From: Octopus bimaculoides
Taxonomy: Eukaryota
Direction of reading: 5' to 3'
Length of the DNA stretch: 64,000 nucleotides
Assembly: GCF_001194135.2 (NCBI RefSeq)
Contig: NC_069003.1
Span: 3,420,151 to 3,484,150 of the forward strand
The notes below the pieces were generated by a model that worked only from the letters and a program-made list of their open reading frames with translations, searched no databases and was not told where the DNA came from. The translations under genes were made by a program, and so were the position numbers. Shown here piece after piece: positions 37,263 to 51,818 of the stretch (its first letter is position 1; the number at the start of each line of letters is the position of its first letter).

Positions 37263-37929
37263 TATCAAGAAAATAAAGGTTTCGCTTTTACTGAAATAAT
37301 ATAACTGTAAAAAATCAGAGGCACGTATTTGTGTGTATTATTAGTACTTCGTTTTGACAGGATATATGTTACGACGTTGTATTAATGTGTTTCCATGGTG
37401 ATTAAAGATGTCATTATATTTAAAATGGCTCTTTTTAAAATGGTGTTGGCATAACAATTAACTACAAAAGAAGAATAACCACCATTGTGATAATTTGAAA
37501 GAGAAAAATAACCATAAGTTTTCATAATCTTTATTTTATAGTGTTTTATTGTTGCCTGCTATTGTTTTTGTGTGGGCTTTTTAAGTATACGAGAGGAAGT
37601 TTCTGCGCATAAAATATTTATGTCATTTAAATAACTTTGAAAGAGATTGTTATGTATGACCGCACGGTATTTGGCAAATTATCACGTTGCACTGCGCAAG
37701 AGTGAAACATACATTCCTTCGCTTACTTCGATCATTGGATTGTTACCATACTGGTGTAACGACTTGCAGAATCAGTCAAATAAATCTATCACAGTTCGTA
37801 TTATTGATATCGTATGTGTAAAGTTATTAATATTTTGTAAAGAACATTGGTACGACTTTGACACACACGTGACGCTTAGAATAATTATATTCTTTCCACA
37901 CTTAGTACAAGGCAGGCGATTACAAACGA

Positions 37930-38105
37930 AGACAAGCAAGTCGATCTAGTGTATCACGGATACTTTTAGTTTTATTGTCTGTGAAACGATGAAAGACAAA
38001 GTTGTCTTCGGTGTTATCTAAACTCAGGACGTAAAGAACCGGAAAAAATGACAGTGAGAATTTTGTTCGACACGCTAATGATTCTGCTAATTCAGCTTTC
38101 TCAGT
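37930..38105 (-). mobile_element. SINE family C, degenerate
   Basis: cgatgaaagacaaagttgtcttcggtg...aaactcaggacgtaaag...gctaatgattctgctaattcagc. Confidence 0.6.
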
Positions 38106-38504
38106 TACCATGATAGCTTTCTGTTTAAGTTTCATACAAAGTCAGCAATTTTGATCAGGAACAGAACAGTGGTTATTTCGACTTCACTACTTGAATAGTC
38201 CTGTATTTGAAAGAACCTCATTTATGCGTAAATGGAAAAATAAGAATGAATATTTATTTTATGATTGTTGTGTATAAGGAAAATATAAAATTGTGCATAA
38301 ATAGTATGAAGTGTCTATATATATTGCATTAAGTATTCTTCGTATTCCAATTTCCTTCACTTTTCCATGAATAGCAGATGAGAGATTATCTTTTGATACA
38401 GACACAACACAGTTTACGATTTCAGGTTTTTTTTGGAATAACCCAATAGGTTCCCTATTAATTCCATGAAATATTCACGGGCCCCGCTCGTTAACAATAA
38501 TAAT

Positions 38505-38910
38505 AGTGATATTGGTTTCAGCGTTTGACTCAAGGCAAGTGATTTTGGGGGATGGGATTACAGTGACCCCAGAGCTTAACTTCTACATTTTTTAACGATT
38601 ACGAAAGAATAAAAGACAAAGTCGACCCCAGCGTATTTTGAACTAAGAACATGAAGACGGACAAAATGCTAACGATTTTGCTAGCTCACCGCTCTAATAA
38701 CAGTGACATTCGTTTCAAATTTTCGGCGCTGAGCCAGCACCATCAGATTATGTTGAGCCCCAGTTCTCAACTGGTACTTAATATTTCAACCCCGAAATGA
38801 TGAAAGATAGTCAACTGCGGCGGAATCTGAACTCAGAATGTGACGACGACGAAATGCCACCAAGCGTGTTGTCTGGTGTGATATCGATTTTGTCAGCACT
38901 CCCACCCAAT
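38505..38910 (-). mobile_element. Two head-to-tail SINE family C copies
   Basis: Repeated aaagtcgacc/gtcaact...cggaat/cgtatt..tgaact.agaa blocks at ~38610-38650 and ~38810-38840. Confidence 0.75.
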
Positions 38911-40654
38911 AATAATAATAATAATAGCAATATTAATATATTTCAAGAAAGGAGTATATCTTAATTGTTATCATAACTTTTCGAGCGAGGAGAAGACGAG
39001 ATAGGGGAGAGAAGGAGAGAGAAGTGTTAAGAGTATAACTGTTGAAGAGAGAAGATTGGTGATTTGTATTTCTGCTCAGAGAGATGTGTAAATTATAACG
39101 TGATGGAAGTGTATTTCCATTGAAATTAAAGATGGAATTAAAATGGCTTTATTTAAAATAGAGGTGGCACAATTAATGATAAAAAGAATAACGTCTGGGT
39201 TTGGATTAATTTGAATTGAGAGAAATTAGCATATATTTCGTTTTAATTGCAATTGTTTGTGTGAGTGGTTTTAATGTGTACAAAAGTTAATTCTGCATAT
39301 AATGATTTAAATTATTTAAATTATGGTTAGAAATGAATATGCGAAGAATATTCAATATCGTATAAACTATAAAATTGGACGACAGTAGACAGAAAGAAGA
39401 GAAAATTTAGAGAAAAACATGATTTTATACAATAAAGAGTTAAACAAGTAAAGACTCAGAAGTGGGGAAAATATGGGCGATGAAGTTGAGTGTGTGGTAT
39501 ATAACAACACACACATGTTGGTTGGTACGAATATAAAGAAGATAGGTTAAGAATAAATTGGAATTATTTAAGCATAGCGCTGTTGTAATTAAATTGTTAA
39601 TTCAATATCGACTTGTTCTTTATATTTTTCTCTCATTATTATTTAGAAGTTTTAAATAATGATTTTCAGAATTTACTTTTAAACATTTAACAAGTACACA
39701 CTTTAAAATAGTCGTTCAGCTCAATATTAATATCACATAAACATGCTTGAGACATGCTTAAAACTATTTATTCAAATTATTGTAAACGAGAATTCTTAAA
39801 TTTTGAATTGTATACTTCCATTATATTACACAAATTTACTATTAAATAGAATGAATTTTCCTTTTTTTTCATTTACCCTTAAAACACACTAACAATACAA
39901 ACAGAAATACAATCAAAGTTATATTTTTTGATCGTCAAGTTCTCTCAGTAAAACAAAATCCCGTTTCTAGATAATTATTTTAAATAGTAATATCGGAGCT
40001 ACGTTATTATATAACAGTGATTGAATACTGCTTATCTTATACATTTTCTCCGCAATTATTCGGGTCTCATCAAGAATATGATAGTACTTAAGTTTCAATA
40101 GCATCTAAATTTGAGAAAAATAATAGCTCTTACTATAACTCTTCCGCTTTGTCCTTAAATCCATGTCGCTTCAAGCGGGTAAAGCAGCTTCTCTTCATTA
40201 TCTTTTTTGTCTACAGATTTTCAGATTTTTGGTTCAAGTTCCAGTCCTAAAATTATATAACTCGTTCTTCCAATTAGTATGCATACACCCAAGAGTACGC
40301 CTTCTCACACCGACACACACACACACACACAGAACGAAGACTAGAGGCATTTGCACATCTCAATTAGCTCATAATACTGCATACACACTTGCGTTTACTC
40401 GACACAAAAATGAACACGTGTACTTGCACTTTCAACCATACGACATACCGAGCCACCAAACTTAATAACACCACCATAAGCAGTACGAAAAAGTTTGTTG
40501 GCTCTGAAGCCCACACAAGCACCGACAGAAATGTTTCAATTCCCATTTCACTCATTTATTATTTTCACTGTATCCCTTGCAAATATTACACATATGCGTT
40601 TCTTTGTTTCCCTCTCCATTACCATTCAATAAACACAAACTTCCTATATTCATC

Positions 40655-40872
40655 AGCGGTGAGCTGGTAGAAACGTTAGCACGCCGGGCGAAATGCTTTG
40701 CTGTATTTTTTCTGCCGTTACGTACCGAGATCAAATTTCGCCGAGGTAGACTTTGCCTTTCATCCTTTCGAGGTCGAGTAAATAAGTACCAGTTACGCAC
40801 TGTAATCGACTTAATCCATTTGTCTGTCCTTGTTTGTCTCCTCTATGTTTATCCCCTTGTGGGCAATAAAGA
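40655..40872 (+). mobile_element. SINE family C with variant tail
   Basis: gcggtgagctggtagaaacgttagcacgccgggcgaaatgc...gcctttcatcctttcgaggtcga.taaataagtaccagtt, then the tail ttgtctgtccttgtttgtc...ccccttgtgggcaataaag. Confidence 0.9.
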
Positions 40873-41839
40873 AATATATATTCAACAAAGACACACTTGC
40901 ATTATTCGTCCATATTTCACCTCACCAATATACACATTAGAAATAATAATAGCCCTGACTTCTGCAGCATCTACAATATAGATTCACGAGTGGCGGACAG
41001 AAAAACACAATTTTACCAGAACACGATTTTGAATTCCACATACACACGCACCAAATCCTAAATAATACCGAAGATTATTCTGCTTAATTACCCCACTTCT
41101 CCATTTACGGAGTCAAATATTTCCATTTAGAAATGGTACATACACCAGTTTGTATCCTCACACTGTTTACTCAAAAGCACACAGCGTCTCTTTACTCTTC
41201 TCAACTCTTATCACCAGAGAATTATATATACTCACTCAAACACACTTCACAAGGAGTCACACATACAAATTCATGCTATACATAGATACAGACATTTCTA
41301 CTTCCGACACCTCGTTGATTTAAATAGTTGGTGAACAAAAATAATAACATGGCTTCGCCTTTAGCTTTTCACTCTATTTTTACTGGACTATCACAAACAC
41401 GTGTTCGAATGTCACACTGCTGGGTTTCATTTATTTCCAAAATACGTTCCTCATAGACGCTCTGCTGTTCCACACATGCAGACAAACGAGAAACGCTTTT
41501 CCATTACTACGTACACACACATACACACACACACGTGTGCGCTGAGACTTTAGAAAATACTATTCGATATATACGCGCAATCACCAACCAAAGTAGTGAG
41601 AAACACAGCGCTTGGAGAAAACCGTTATTTTCATTAAATAAAAGCACGAAAGTCAGCAGCTCACCTCGTATAAGCATTTGGCAAACACCGCTAACAAAAA
41701 CCACACACACACACTCACGTATATATATATATATATATATATNNNNNNNNNNNNNNNNNNNNNNNNNNNNNNNNNNNNNNNNNNNNNNNNNNNNNNNNNN
41801 NNNATATATCATTATTATTACTATTATTATTACTATACA

Positions 41840-42000
41840 CAAGCGCAGGAGTGGCTATGTGGTAAGTATTTTGCTTACCAAGGACATGGTTCCGGGTTCA
41901 GTCCCACTGCGTGGCACCTTGGACATGTGACTTTTACTATAGCTTCGGGCTGACCAAGTCCTTGTGAGTGGATTTGGTAGACGGAAACTGAAAGACCGTC
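41840..42000 (+). mobile_element. SINE family B, 5' half
   Basis: gcgcaggagtggctatgtggtaag...ggttccgggttcagtcccactgcgtggcaccttgg. Confidence 0.9.
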
Positions 42001-42030
42001 GTTCACGCACGCAAGCACCCACGCACGCGC

Positions 42031-42068
<38 letters not shown>

Positions 42069-42542
42069 GTGTGTGTGTGTATATGCATATATATATAGAA
42101 GCTGAAGGGCCCAGTTTCACTCAGGTTATAAACTCATATCTATATATATATANNNNNNNNNNNNNNNNNNNNNNNNNNNNNNNNNNNNNNNNNNNNNNNN
42201 NNNNNNNNNNNNNNNNNNNNNNNNNNNNNNNNNNNNNNNNNNNNNNNNNNNNNNNNNNNNNNNNNNNNNNNNNNNNNNNNNNNNNNNNNNNNNNNNNNNN
42301 NNNNNNNNNNNNNNNNNNNNNNNNNNNNNNNNNNNNNNNNNNNNNNNNNNNNNNNNNNNNNNNNNNNNNNNNNNNNNNNNNNNNNNNNNNNNNNNNNNNN
42401 NNNNNNNNNNNNNNNNNNNNNNNNNNNNNNNNNNNNNNNNNNNNNNNNNNNNNNNNNNNNNNNNNNNNNNNNNNNNNNNNNNNNNNNNNNNNNNNNNNNN
42501 NNNNNNNNNNNNNNNNNNNNNNNNNNNNNNNNNNNNNNNNNN

Positions 42543-42583
<41 letters not shown>

Positions 42584-43139
42584 TAACACCTAATTTTCAT
42601 ATGTATATAAATACTTTCATGGAGAGAGAGAGATATGTAAAGAGATAGTTATATAGATGGATAGATAGATATTTTATCAGATAATATACTTATTGTTAAC
42701 CATTAGAACCAGAAAAATCAGAGCAAACGAAAAGCATTGAAATTCTTTCCCTAGATGGTAAAGAATTTTTATTATTCTAATCTGGAAAGACACCAACATA
42801 TAATATCAGTTCTTAGTGCCAAATTTGTCTACAACTTATACAACACCTTTATATTCGTGGAGTAACTCTGGGGCCTGGATGTTCTCCAGAATTAACATTT
42901 ATGAAAAAATTTATTGCGTATTCCTACGTGAAAGACGGAATCGGACACAAAAGGCTTTCTTATCCATAGATTATTATTGTTATCATTGCTGCATTCGGTG
43001 CTTGTGGAAATGTGTTATGAATTAAGAGTCTTCATAATTGATAAAGATAGTACGGTATGGAAAATAAATAATAGGTCTGTAGCATGTCTCTCTATCGGTA
43101 TATATCGTTGTATGTATATATGTGAGTGTGTGTGTGTAT

Positions 43140-43375
43140 AAATATATGTGTATATATATATATATATGTGTATATATATATATATATATATGTGTGTGTA
43201 TATGTATATATATATATATATATATGTGTATATGTATATATATATATGAATATATGTATATATATATATGAATATATGTATATATATATATGAATATATG
43301 TATATATATATATATGAATATATGTATATATATATATGAATATATGTATATATATATATGAATATATGTATATAC
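43140..43375. repeat. TA-derived minisatellite, ~20-24-bp unit (tatatatatgaatatatg)
   Basis: The gaatatatg interruption recurs periodically from ~43248 to ~43370. Confidence 0.85.
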
Positions 43376-43909
43376 ACATACGTACGTACATATCTATGCA
43401 TTAGAATTGCATTATATTACATTATATATGCATATATATGTATATATATATATATATACATATATGGAAATATGATACACAATTGTATATAATGTGTGCA
43501 TATAGATGTGTAGGTATGTATTTATTTATATGCGTGCGATATTGCATATGTGGACGAATAAGTCTGTTCTTTCATATGCATGGGTTGTTTTTTTTCTGGT
43601 AGAAAAAAGAAATTTATAATAACCTTACTATAATACAGCACTTTCTCTATATTTATATGTATGCTTAAATATGTATTTATCCACTTGGCCATCTATCTAT
43701 CATTATGTCTATCCGTTTGTTTCTCTCTGTCTCTGTCGCTCTCTCTCCCTCCCTAAATATCTTTGTCTGTATACACGTATATATGTACAAATGTACCTGT
43801 GTATATATTTAGATACGGATGTCTGTAAAGATTTATATATGTATATCTATGCGGGTATATACGCATGTTTGTATGTGTGTATGTATGTATATATAAATGT
43901 ATGCATGCG

Positions 43910-43940
<31 letters not shown>

Positions 43941-44489
43941 GTATGCATGTATACAGGTACATAAATGAACGGGGGCATCCGAAAACGCAGGCCAACTGTG
44001 ATGTAGCATATAATTTGAATTTTATTAACTAAGTCCATTTGTTGCACCATGTTATATCCTGGTAACCGTCATAATGGCCTACTCGAATGTGAGGAACTCT
44101 GGTTATTAGAATGGCACATAGGCGCACACAAACATATGTGTGTGTATATACTCAGACATAACGCACACACGTTTATTAGATATATAAAATAGATATGAAA
44201 CATGCGACATAATACAAACACGTGACTACATACTAGGTCAGATATATACATATATATTCCTGTTTGATCATTTAATGTTTCCATTATGTTTTAAATATCA
44301 AATATATCAATTTCTTTGCACTTTCTTCCTTCATGATATTCTGGCTTGTAAAATTTAACCAAATTGATTTAATAAAATTAAATCAAATTTGCTTGATTTA
44401 TACTATAAGCGATGAATTGAAACAATTGTAGGTCTTAACAATATATTAATAATTTTTTTACTAATCTTATCTCCATCTTCTCTCTTGCT

Positions 44490-44532
<43 letters not shown>

Positions 44533-44702
44533 NNNNNNNNNNATAGTGGATTTTCATCGATGAGTTCTTGAAAATTGGTTATTTTCCCTAAAACTATATA
44601 TATTTTATATATACTTTATCTATAAGGCTCAATTTAATTTTTTATAAATTGATTTTAATTGAGTTTTTTACCTGTAATTTTGGATTTTGTCCCTAATAAT
44701 AT

Positions 44703-44737
<35 letters not shown>

Positions 44738-45102
44738 TGTATACGTACATCCTAACATTCAAACATGCATAGGAGGTACGCAACATCAGGTAGTATGAAT
44801 CGATAATCAATCGTTGAACTGCAATTTATCGTGCTATAAATTGAACCATATCATAATGGCAAAGAAATATTGGGTGTTAACATAATGTATATATTTTAAA
44901 ACATATCTTAAAAATCAGAATGTACATTACTCATGCAGTTGAAGCTAAGTAAAAAACCATTCCGTTATTTTGATACTGACGCTTCTTCATACATAGAAAT
45001 AAATGATACAATACCTTTACACATCGGATGATGAGGCACGTGTACATTATCGAGAATCGACAATGTAGTAGTCATTCAATATTGGGTTATTATATTTCGA
45101 TG

Positions 45103-45483
45103 GTGGAGGTGCACTGGCCCAGTGGTTACGGCAGCGGACACACGGTCATAGGATCGCGGTTTCGATTCCCAGACCGGGTGTTGTGAGTGTTTATTGAGCG
45201 AAAACACCTAAAGCTCCACGAGGCACCAGCAGGGGATGGTGACGAACCCTGCTATACTCTTTCACCACAACTTTCTCTCACTCTTACGTCTTGATTCTGT
45301 TGTGCCTGTAATTCAAAGGGCCAGCCTTGTCACACTGTGTCACGCTGAATATCCCCGAGAACTACGTTAAGGGCACACCTGTCTGTGGAGTGCTCAGCCA
45401 CTTGCACGTTAATTTCCCGAGCAGGTTGTTCCGTTGATCGGATCAACTGGAACCCTCGACGTCGTAAGCGACGGAGTGCAACA
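45103..45483 (+). mobile_element. SINE family A, full length with target-site duplication
   Basis: tRNA-like head (A/B boxes) through to gtcgtaagcgacggagtgcaac. Flanked by atatttcgatg (45092-45102) and atatttcaatg (45484-45494), an 11-bp TSD with one mismatch. Confidence 0.95.
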
Positions 45484-45534
45484 ATATTTCAATGATTAAA
45501 ATAAGAGAAATATATAAATACGCAGGTATATATG

Positions 45535-45935
45535 TTCTGAGGTCAGATGTTACCGATATCGACTTTGCGTTCATCTTAAGTGGTCGTTAAATTACGTACC
45601 AGATGAACACTGGGGTTGATGTAATTGACAAGACCCCCACCCCCACCCACAGCTCACAAATTGTTGACATCGTGCCAAAATTGAAACCCAATATGATTGA
45701 ATTACTAAAATGTGTTGAGTTGGCAGAATCACAGAAATCCCGAAGAATTCTTGCCAGTTTTTTTTATTTTTATTTTGTCCGTATCCTTGCTCTGAGTTCA
45801 AATTCCGCCGATATCTACTTTGCCTTTCATCCTTTCAGAGTCGATAAAATAAGTCCCAATTAAAAACTGGGGTCGATGTAACAATCTTACAATTCGCCCC
45901 TACATTGCTGACCTTGTGCCGGAATTTGAAATTAA
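45535..45935 (+). mobile_element. Two head-to-tail SINE family C copies
   Basis: Two successive blocks of gactttgc/ctttgcc.ttcatc...tggggt.gatgtaa...ttg.tgac.t.gtgcc..aatt.gaaa. Confidence 0.8.
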
Positions 45936-46747
45936 TATAATTGACTTACCGAATAAAATTACATTTTTCATATACTGAAATATAAATATTTGCAAAATAC
46001 ATTTTATGAGCCAGGACAGAACACCAACCGCATTAAACTAACACTAATTATATATATCTCGCTGCAAGCACGAGAAACCAAGAAGCGCAATGCTCTGGAT
46101 CGCATGTGTTTCTCTTTCTCATTCGCTTCTATTTTCTCCGTGCACACTTATTTTTCTGCAAATCCCTTCCTCCCTATTTTCGTCTCATTATAAGAGTCTA
46201 CAGTTTATTATAGATATCATATCCCTCGATAAACTAGATTAGAACCCCTAGGCAAGCCGGTAACTAGATTACCTATAAATAAATAAATGCTTCTATTTAA
46301 ACACTCTATACGGGCAGAGTTTTGCTACTAAGAATGTGAATTTAGATTGGTAAAGATACATATATCTATGCATACATGCATACATACATATAAATTAAAA
46401 TATTGGAAGGTTCTCTTTAAATATTAAATTTCTCCATTGCACGGTTATTCTGTAGCCAGGTTATCTTATCCAAACAGGCGTGAAATGTAGTTATAGTCTT
46501 CTTAAAATATCAAGGATTAATGCCATGAACGTCATTCATAATCTGTCGATAATCGCATTTAACTACAAGCTATGTAAACATTGTTACTGAGAAAACCAGT
46601 ATTTGAACGTTGAAGAATATCTTCACTTCCCTGACTATTTAAGTAGTGAGATTCTGAATCAATTTCTTAATACAAATACAGATGCACACACTTGTGAAAC
46701 ATGTTGAGCACACTTTACATTTCCTTTTTAATAATCATAAGTAGGTT

Positions 46748-46790
<43 letters not shown>

Positions 46791-48065
46791 GTATGTGTGT
46801 TATCTATTTATGTATATATCGCTCTCTATATCTCTTTCTGTCTGTCTCTCTCTCTCTGTCTGTATGTATGTATATATATATATATATATCGACAGTCAAG
46901 ATGAATTAAATATAAGTAGGAGACTGAAATGTTGGGGGGTCATATGTGAATGAAATCCTTGAAGGAATAACCGCAGGCCAGTGACTAACACCGCAGATAC
47001 ACATACATACATACATACATATCTAATATACATGTGTGTATACCTGTGTGTATTTGCATTTACATATGTATGTAGACACGCTTTTGGTTATTGCTTTTCT
47101 TGAGAAGCAGAATCAAATTTGTCAAACTGAAATAGCACCATGAAATACTAAGGAGATAAGGAAACATGAGATGATGTGGAAAAGAATTATGTACGTGGAG
47201 CATGGGGAAGATTTAGAGGTCAAAGGCTGATCTTAATTTCTCACTCGCTTCACTGCTTTCATTTCGACCCTTTTCAAATATTAATGATTACGTTTTATAA
47301 CTTAGTGACTAAAGAAGAAAGTGTTGAAATGAAAGAATCGATAAAGTCAGCCCCAAGCGCAATGTGTTCCACATTACTTAGGTATGTTTTAACTCGTGGT
47401 TTGAGTTAAAATCTTTCTTACTTTCACTTTCCTAATATATTCATGCTTGGTATCTTTTTTATTTTGATTTTGATGTATTTTAGACGTGCAGTTGCTCGTC
47501 CTTGATGCTCGCGGGCCACCAGTCTTAGACCAAGAAAACTTTGATGGAAAACGTTCCAGATGTAATTATTTTGGATTGCTGTAAGACAAAGTTGGTAGTT
47601 GTAGTGGTGGTGGTATACATGCGTGTGTGTGTGCGTGTGCGTGTGTGCGTGCGTGTGTGCGTGCGTGTGCGCGTGTGTGTGTGGGTGCGCGCGCGCGCAA
47701 AATACTTTGATATATATATTATGAAAGACATGCATATATATATGTGCTTATGTATAAAATAATGTACATTTAAACACTAGAGATACTGTTTTCAACAAGC
47801 AGTTTTACACATTAGAAGAAGTAATCAAAACGACCAAAACCACGTTTAAGAGCAATCTTGACTGCTTCTTCTAGAGTATGAAACTGCTTGTTGAATGCAG
47901 TTTCTCTTGTTTTTAATTGTACACTATTTTATATTGAGAATATGTTGTCTATTGACTTTTTATACATACTAGGCCACTGGTAGGGAAATTTCTACTATAT
48001 ANNNNNNNNNNNNNNNNNNNNNNNNNNNNNNNNNNNNNNNNNNNNNNNNNNNNNNNNNNNNNNNN

Positions 48066-48102
<37 letters not shown>

Positions 48103-48589
48103 ATATTATCGATTACCTGACTAAATTGTGTGAAGCTGAAGAAAGACGAAGTCGAAAACGAGATAAAATAACAGTGGGTGTGCCGGAGACAACTATAATT
48201 ATTGGAAGAGGGCAGACTAGGTTCATAGGGCAGGTAGATCTGTTGGGCCGTTTTTTGCTAACATTAAACATCTAAGGATTCAAGAAGTGTTAAAATGACA
48301 GAAGCAATATTTGCAACTCTTGGCCACATGTGTTACATATTATTCAGTCATATCGCATAATTGTTTGATTTCAAATTTTCACACAAATGAACAGACATAG
48401 ACAGACACCTACAGACTCTCTTCTTCTCAAACTGAGAGACAGGCAAACAGACATAAAAATATGCTTGTGTGACTTTGTTCCTATCTGTTTCTCTATCTCT
48501 ACATATACACTCTCGACTATATGCACTTGACTGTCGCAGGTGCTATGTTCCAAAACCTACCACAGAAGTAATCAAAATCTGAAGAAGTA

Positions 48590-48800
48590 TAAATCCCTAT
48601 CGGCCGCAGAAACTCGCGATATACTGAGAAGTCCGCGATATACTGAGAAGTCCGCGATATACTGAGAAGTCCGCGATATACTGAGAAGTCCGCGATATAC
48701 TGAGAAGTCCGCGATATAAATTTGCATATATTGGCCAGAAAAATCCGTGCTGTGCTGAGTGCGTGATAGGTGAACCGTGACATGGCGTCAGATTACTGTA
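48590..48800. mobile_element. pogo/Tigger-like MITE end with amplified subterminal repeat
   Basis: Ends gataggtgaaccgtgacatggcg.cagattactg-ta, resembling CAGT-type, TA-target pogo/Tigger TIRs. No opposite TIR is seen. Confidence 0.55.
48616..48718. repeat. 19-bp minisatellite (gcgatatactgagaagtcc) x5 plus 8 bp
   Basis: Five perfect copies read directly. Confidence 0.97.
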
Positions 48801-48809
48801 CATGCATAT

Positions 48810-48861
<52 letters not shown>

Positions 48862-49346
48862 GTATATACCTCTAGCTACGCACACAAGCACATACACACA
48901 CATAGAGCATAGAGTCCATATACCTTAAGCATACACTCTTAATTGACCCAAACTACGTTTTTCCATGATTACATACACACCGAATGGCGTACACACGTAG
49001 CCTCGCCACATGATTATTCACTCGGGGACGTCCCACATATGATCATACCGAGCTGAAACGCGCATTTTAGTGCAATCATCCCAGAGCAATCTGACTAATG
49101 TCCTGAACTAAATGAATTTACCTAACCTTAGTTTATTCATTTTGCCTGCCTCAGCCAAAGTTTTCATTTACATAATCAGAACATGTTATGTTTTTAATGC
49201 AATTAGGGAAGTTTATTTGCTCAGTTGATATATTTGATGCCACAAATGCTGTAAAGATTCCTCATTCTGTCCCCTCCCCCAGGGTGGGTCATAATTAACG
49301 CCACTTTTATTTAGTAATTTTTATAGTTCAAAAAATTGTTTCTTCA

Positions 49347-49775
49347 GGCGTAGGTGTGGCTGTGTGGTGAGTAGCTTACTAACCAATCACATGGTTCCGG
49401 GTTCAGTTCCACTGCGTGGCACCTTGGGCAAGTGCCTTCTACTATAGCCTCGGGCCGACCAAAGACTTGTGAGTGGATCTGGTACACGGAAACTGAAAGT
49501 ATCCCGTCGTATATATGTATATATATATGTATGTGTGTATATATGTTTGTGCGTCTGTTTCCCCCTTCCCTCTTCTCCCCTCCACGACATCGCTTGACAA
49601 CCGATGTTGGTGTGTTTACGTGCCCGTAAGTTAACGGTCTGGTAAAAGAAATCGATAGAATAACTAGTACGTTTACAATGAATAAGTCCTGGGGTCGATT
49701 TTCTCGACTAAAGGCGGTGCTTCAGCATGGCCAGAGTCAAGTGACTGAAACAACTAAAGGAATGAAAGAATAAAA
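49347..49775 (+). mobile_element. SINE family B, full length
   Basis: Collinear with 22507-22900, including the internal microsatellite. Confidence 0.92.
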
Positions 49776-49973
49776 GAATATATAAAAAATATATTACAGG
49801 AGATACAAGAAGGCCAATCAAAATCGCACAACGTCTCTCAATTTCACTTAAACCTTCATTTGTAAAAGCGAGTATTGTGTCAAAATTGTCGTCGCTCTAA
49901 ACCTTGACCTGGTCACGGACAAACACTATGCTGCAGCTTTCACAATAATCGTCCCTTTCTTTCTCTCTCTCTT

Positions 49974-50015
<42 letters not shown>

Positions 50016-50309
50016 TCTCCCTTTCTTTCTCTCTCTCTCTCTGACACACACACATGTTTTTACACCATATAACAAATAAATAATGAAGGGCAGTTAACGA
50101 TCTGTGTGTGTTTCTAAGCTCTCTGATAACAACCCTTTCCCTGAAAGTACACACACACACACACATATATACATACATACGTATGTACATACATACTGCC
50201 CAGGTCTCTTAATCAAATGATATCCGTGGGACAGCTGATGTTGGAGGGATGCTGGATTGTTGGTTTGGCTGTTTTTGTATACGTGCAATAGTATCATAAC
50301 ACAAACTTT

Positions 50310-50356
<47 letters not shown>

Positions 50357-51587
50357 CATACATACACACACACATATAATCAAAATAAGCAACAGGATAC
50401 CATGTGGTGATGCAGTACGTCCGTTTCAAGCGGCTGCATTTAATTAATCATTAATACCGCACTTAGTGCTTCAACTTAAGTACCTAATTGAACTGAATCG
50501 CAATTATTTCTCATAAATAGAGTAGTAATGCAAAGAGCGATTTCCAGAAAGACTCAGTGATACGCATTAATTAATTTTGTGCACATCAAAGTAACTGTGG
50601 GTTTGTTTATTGGGTCGATGTCCGTGCGTGTATGAGCTGTAAACGCGATTCAGGTGTTGCATGTGTGTACGTGTGTGTGTGTGTGCGCTATTGATTTATT
50701 TGTTTCTGTTGTCAATTTCGATATTCCTAAAACGATCTGTTAAGTAGCTGACATCAAGCCGAGACAAGAAAACATTTCCTTTCAAAAAATCCATGACGTA
50801 TTCTTCCACAGTAATAACTGTTCCATTGTTTGTGGTTTTCATTACGTTTAGCTCTCGTGTATGCATACTTTAGCTAAGGATCAAATACAGCATGTTTTAA
50901 CGTGTTTCTCTTCTGTGATGTTTTCAATTATGAAGCAAGTTTTCGATAGCAACCACACTGCTGTTAGTGGTGGTGGTGGTAGTGGTTTTGTTTTTTATAG
51001 CCCAAGATCAACTACATTTAGAGCAGACATCCAAGATTTGCTTTTAGGATTTGTATATACCGGACCGAATTATGAGTTAGATACCTTTTTACAGATTAAG
51101 CACATATATATATTAAAACGCTACTTAATATTTCTAGCTGTTCAAGGAACTGCATTGTAGATATACACACACGCTCTCACACACATTTCCGTGTGTGTCT
51201 ATTTATTTCCGCGATATTTCTCGCATTACATTAGGTTCACAGTTGAAAATCATTGATGTTATTGTTCGTCATGTTGATATTGTTGTGGTTAAGTCCCAAT
51301 TTTAATTACGATTGAGTAGAATTTTGCTCATATGCACTCCATACGTGAACAAATAATCCATTGTCTCTAATTCAATAACTCATCAAAATCTCCGAGATTC
51401 TGACAGGTTAAAATACTTAAATTACATCTATTTGCTTTATAATTACCTTCAACTGGGATTGAGTTCTTTTTTAGGAATTCTCTCATATTTGCTCTTTGAT
51501 TCTGGTATTTTCAACAATATATGAAAGTAGGTATGTGTGTGTCGTTATGTGTATCCATCCATCCATCTATCTATCTATGTATGCACG

Positions 51588-51620
<33 letters not shown>

Positions 51621-51769
51621 CTATCTATCTTTCTATCTGCATAACCTCCTACCACCCATCCTCTATCACAATCTGTTTTCTAATATATTGACCTATCACT
51701 CTTTCTATTAATACACACACACACAGACATACATATATATATTTCCATCTCTCTCTATATTTTCATATC

Positions 51770-51818
<49 letters not shown>

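Noticed and set aside
42816-43025. Possible LINE RT C-terminal remnant
   Set aside because: Only vague resemblance; no diagnostic motif is retained.
47132-47152. tagcaccatgaaat resembling miR-29
   Set aside because: Only the seed-proximal part matches and there is no complementary arm for a precursor hairpin.
48136-48170. CTGAAGA-aa-gac-gaa-gtc-GAAA hammerhead-like core
   Set aside because: No stem III, cleavage triplet or stem I can be formed.
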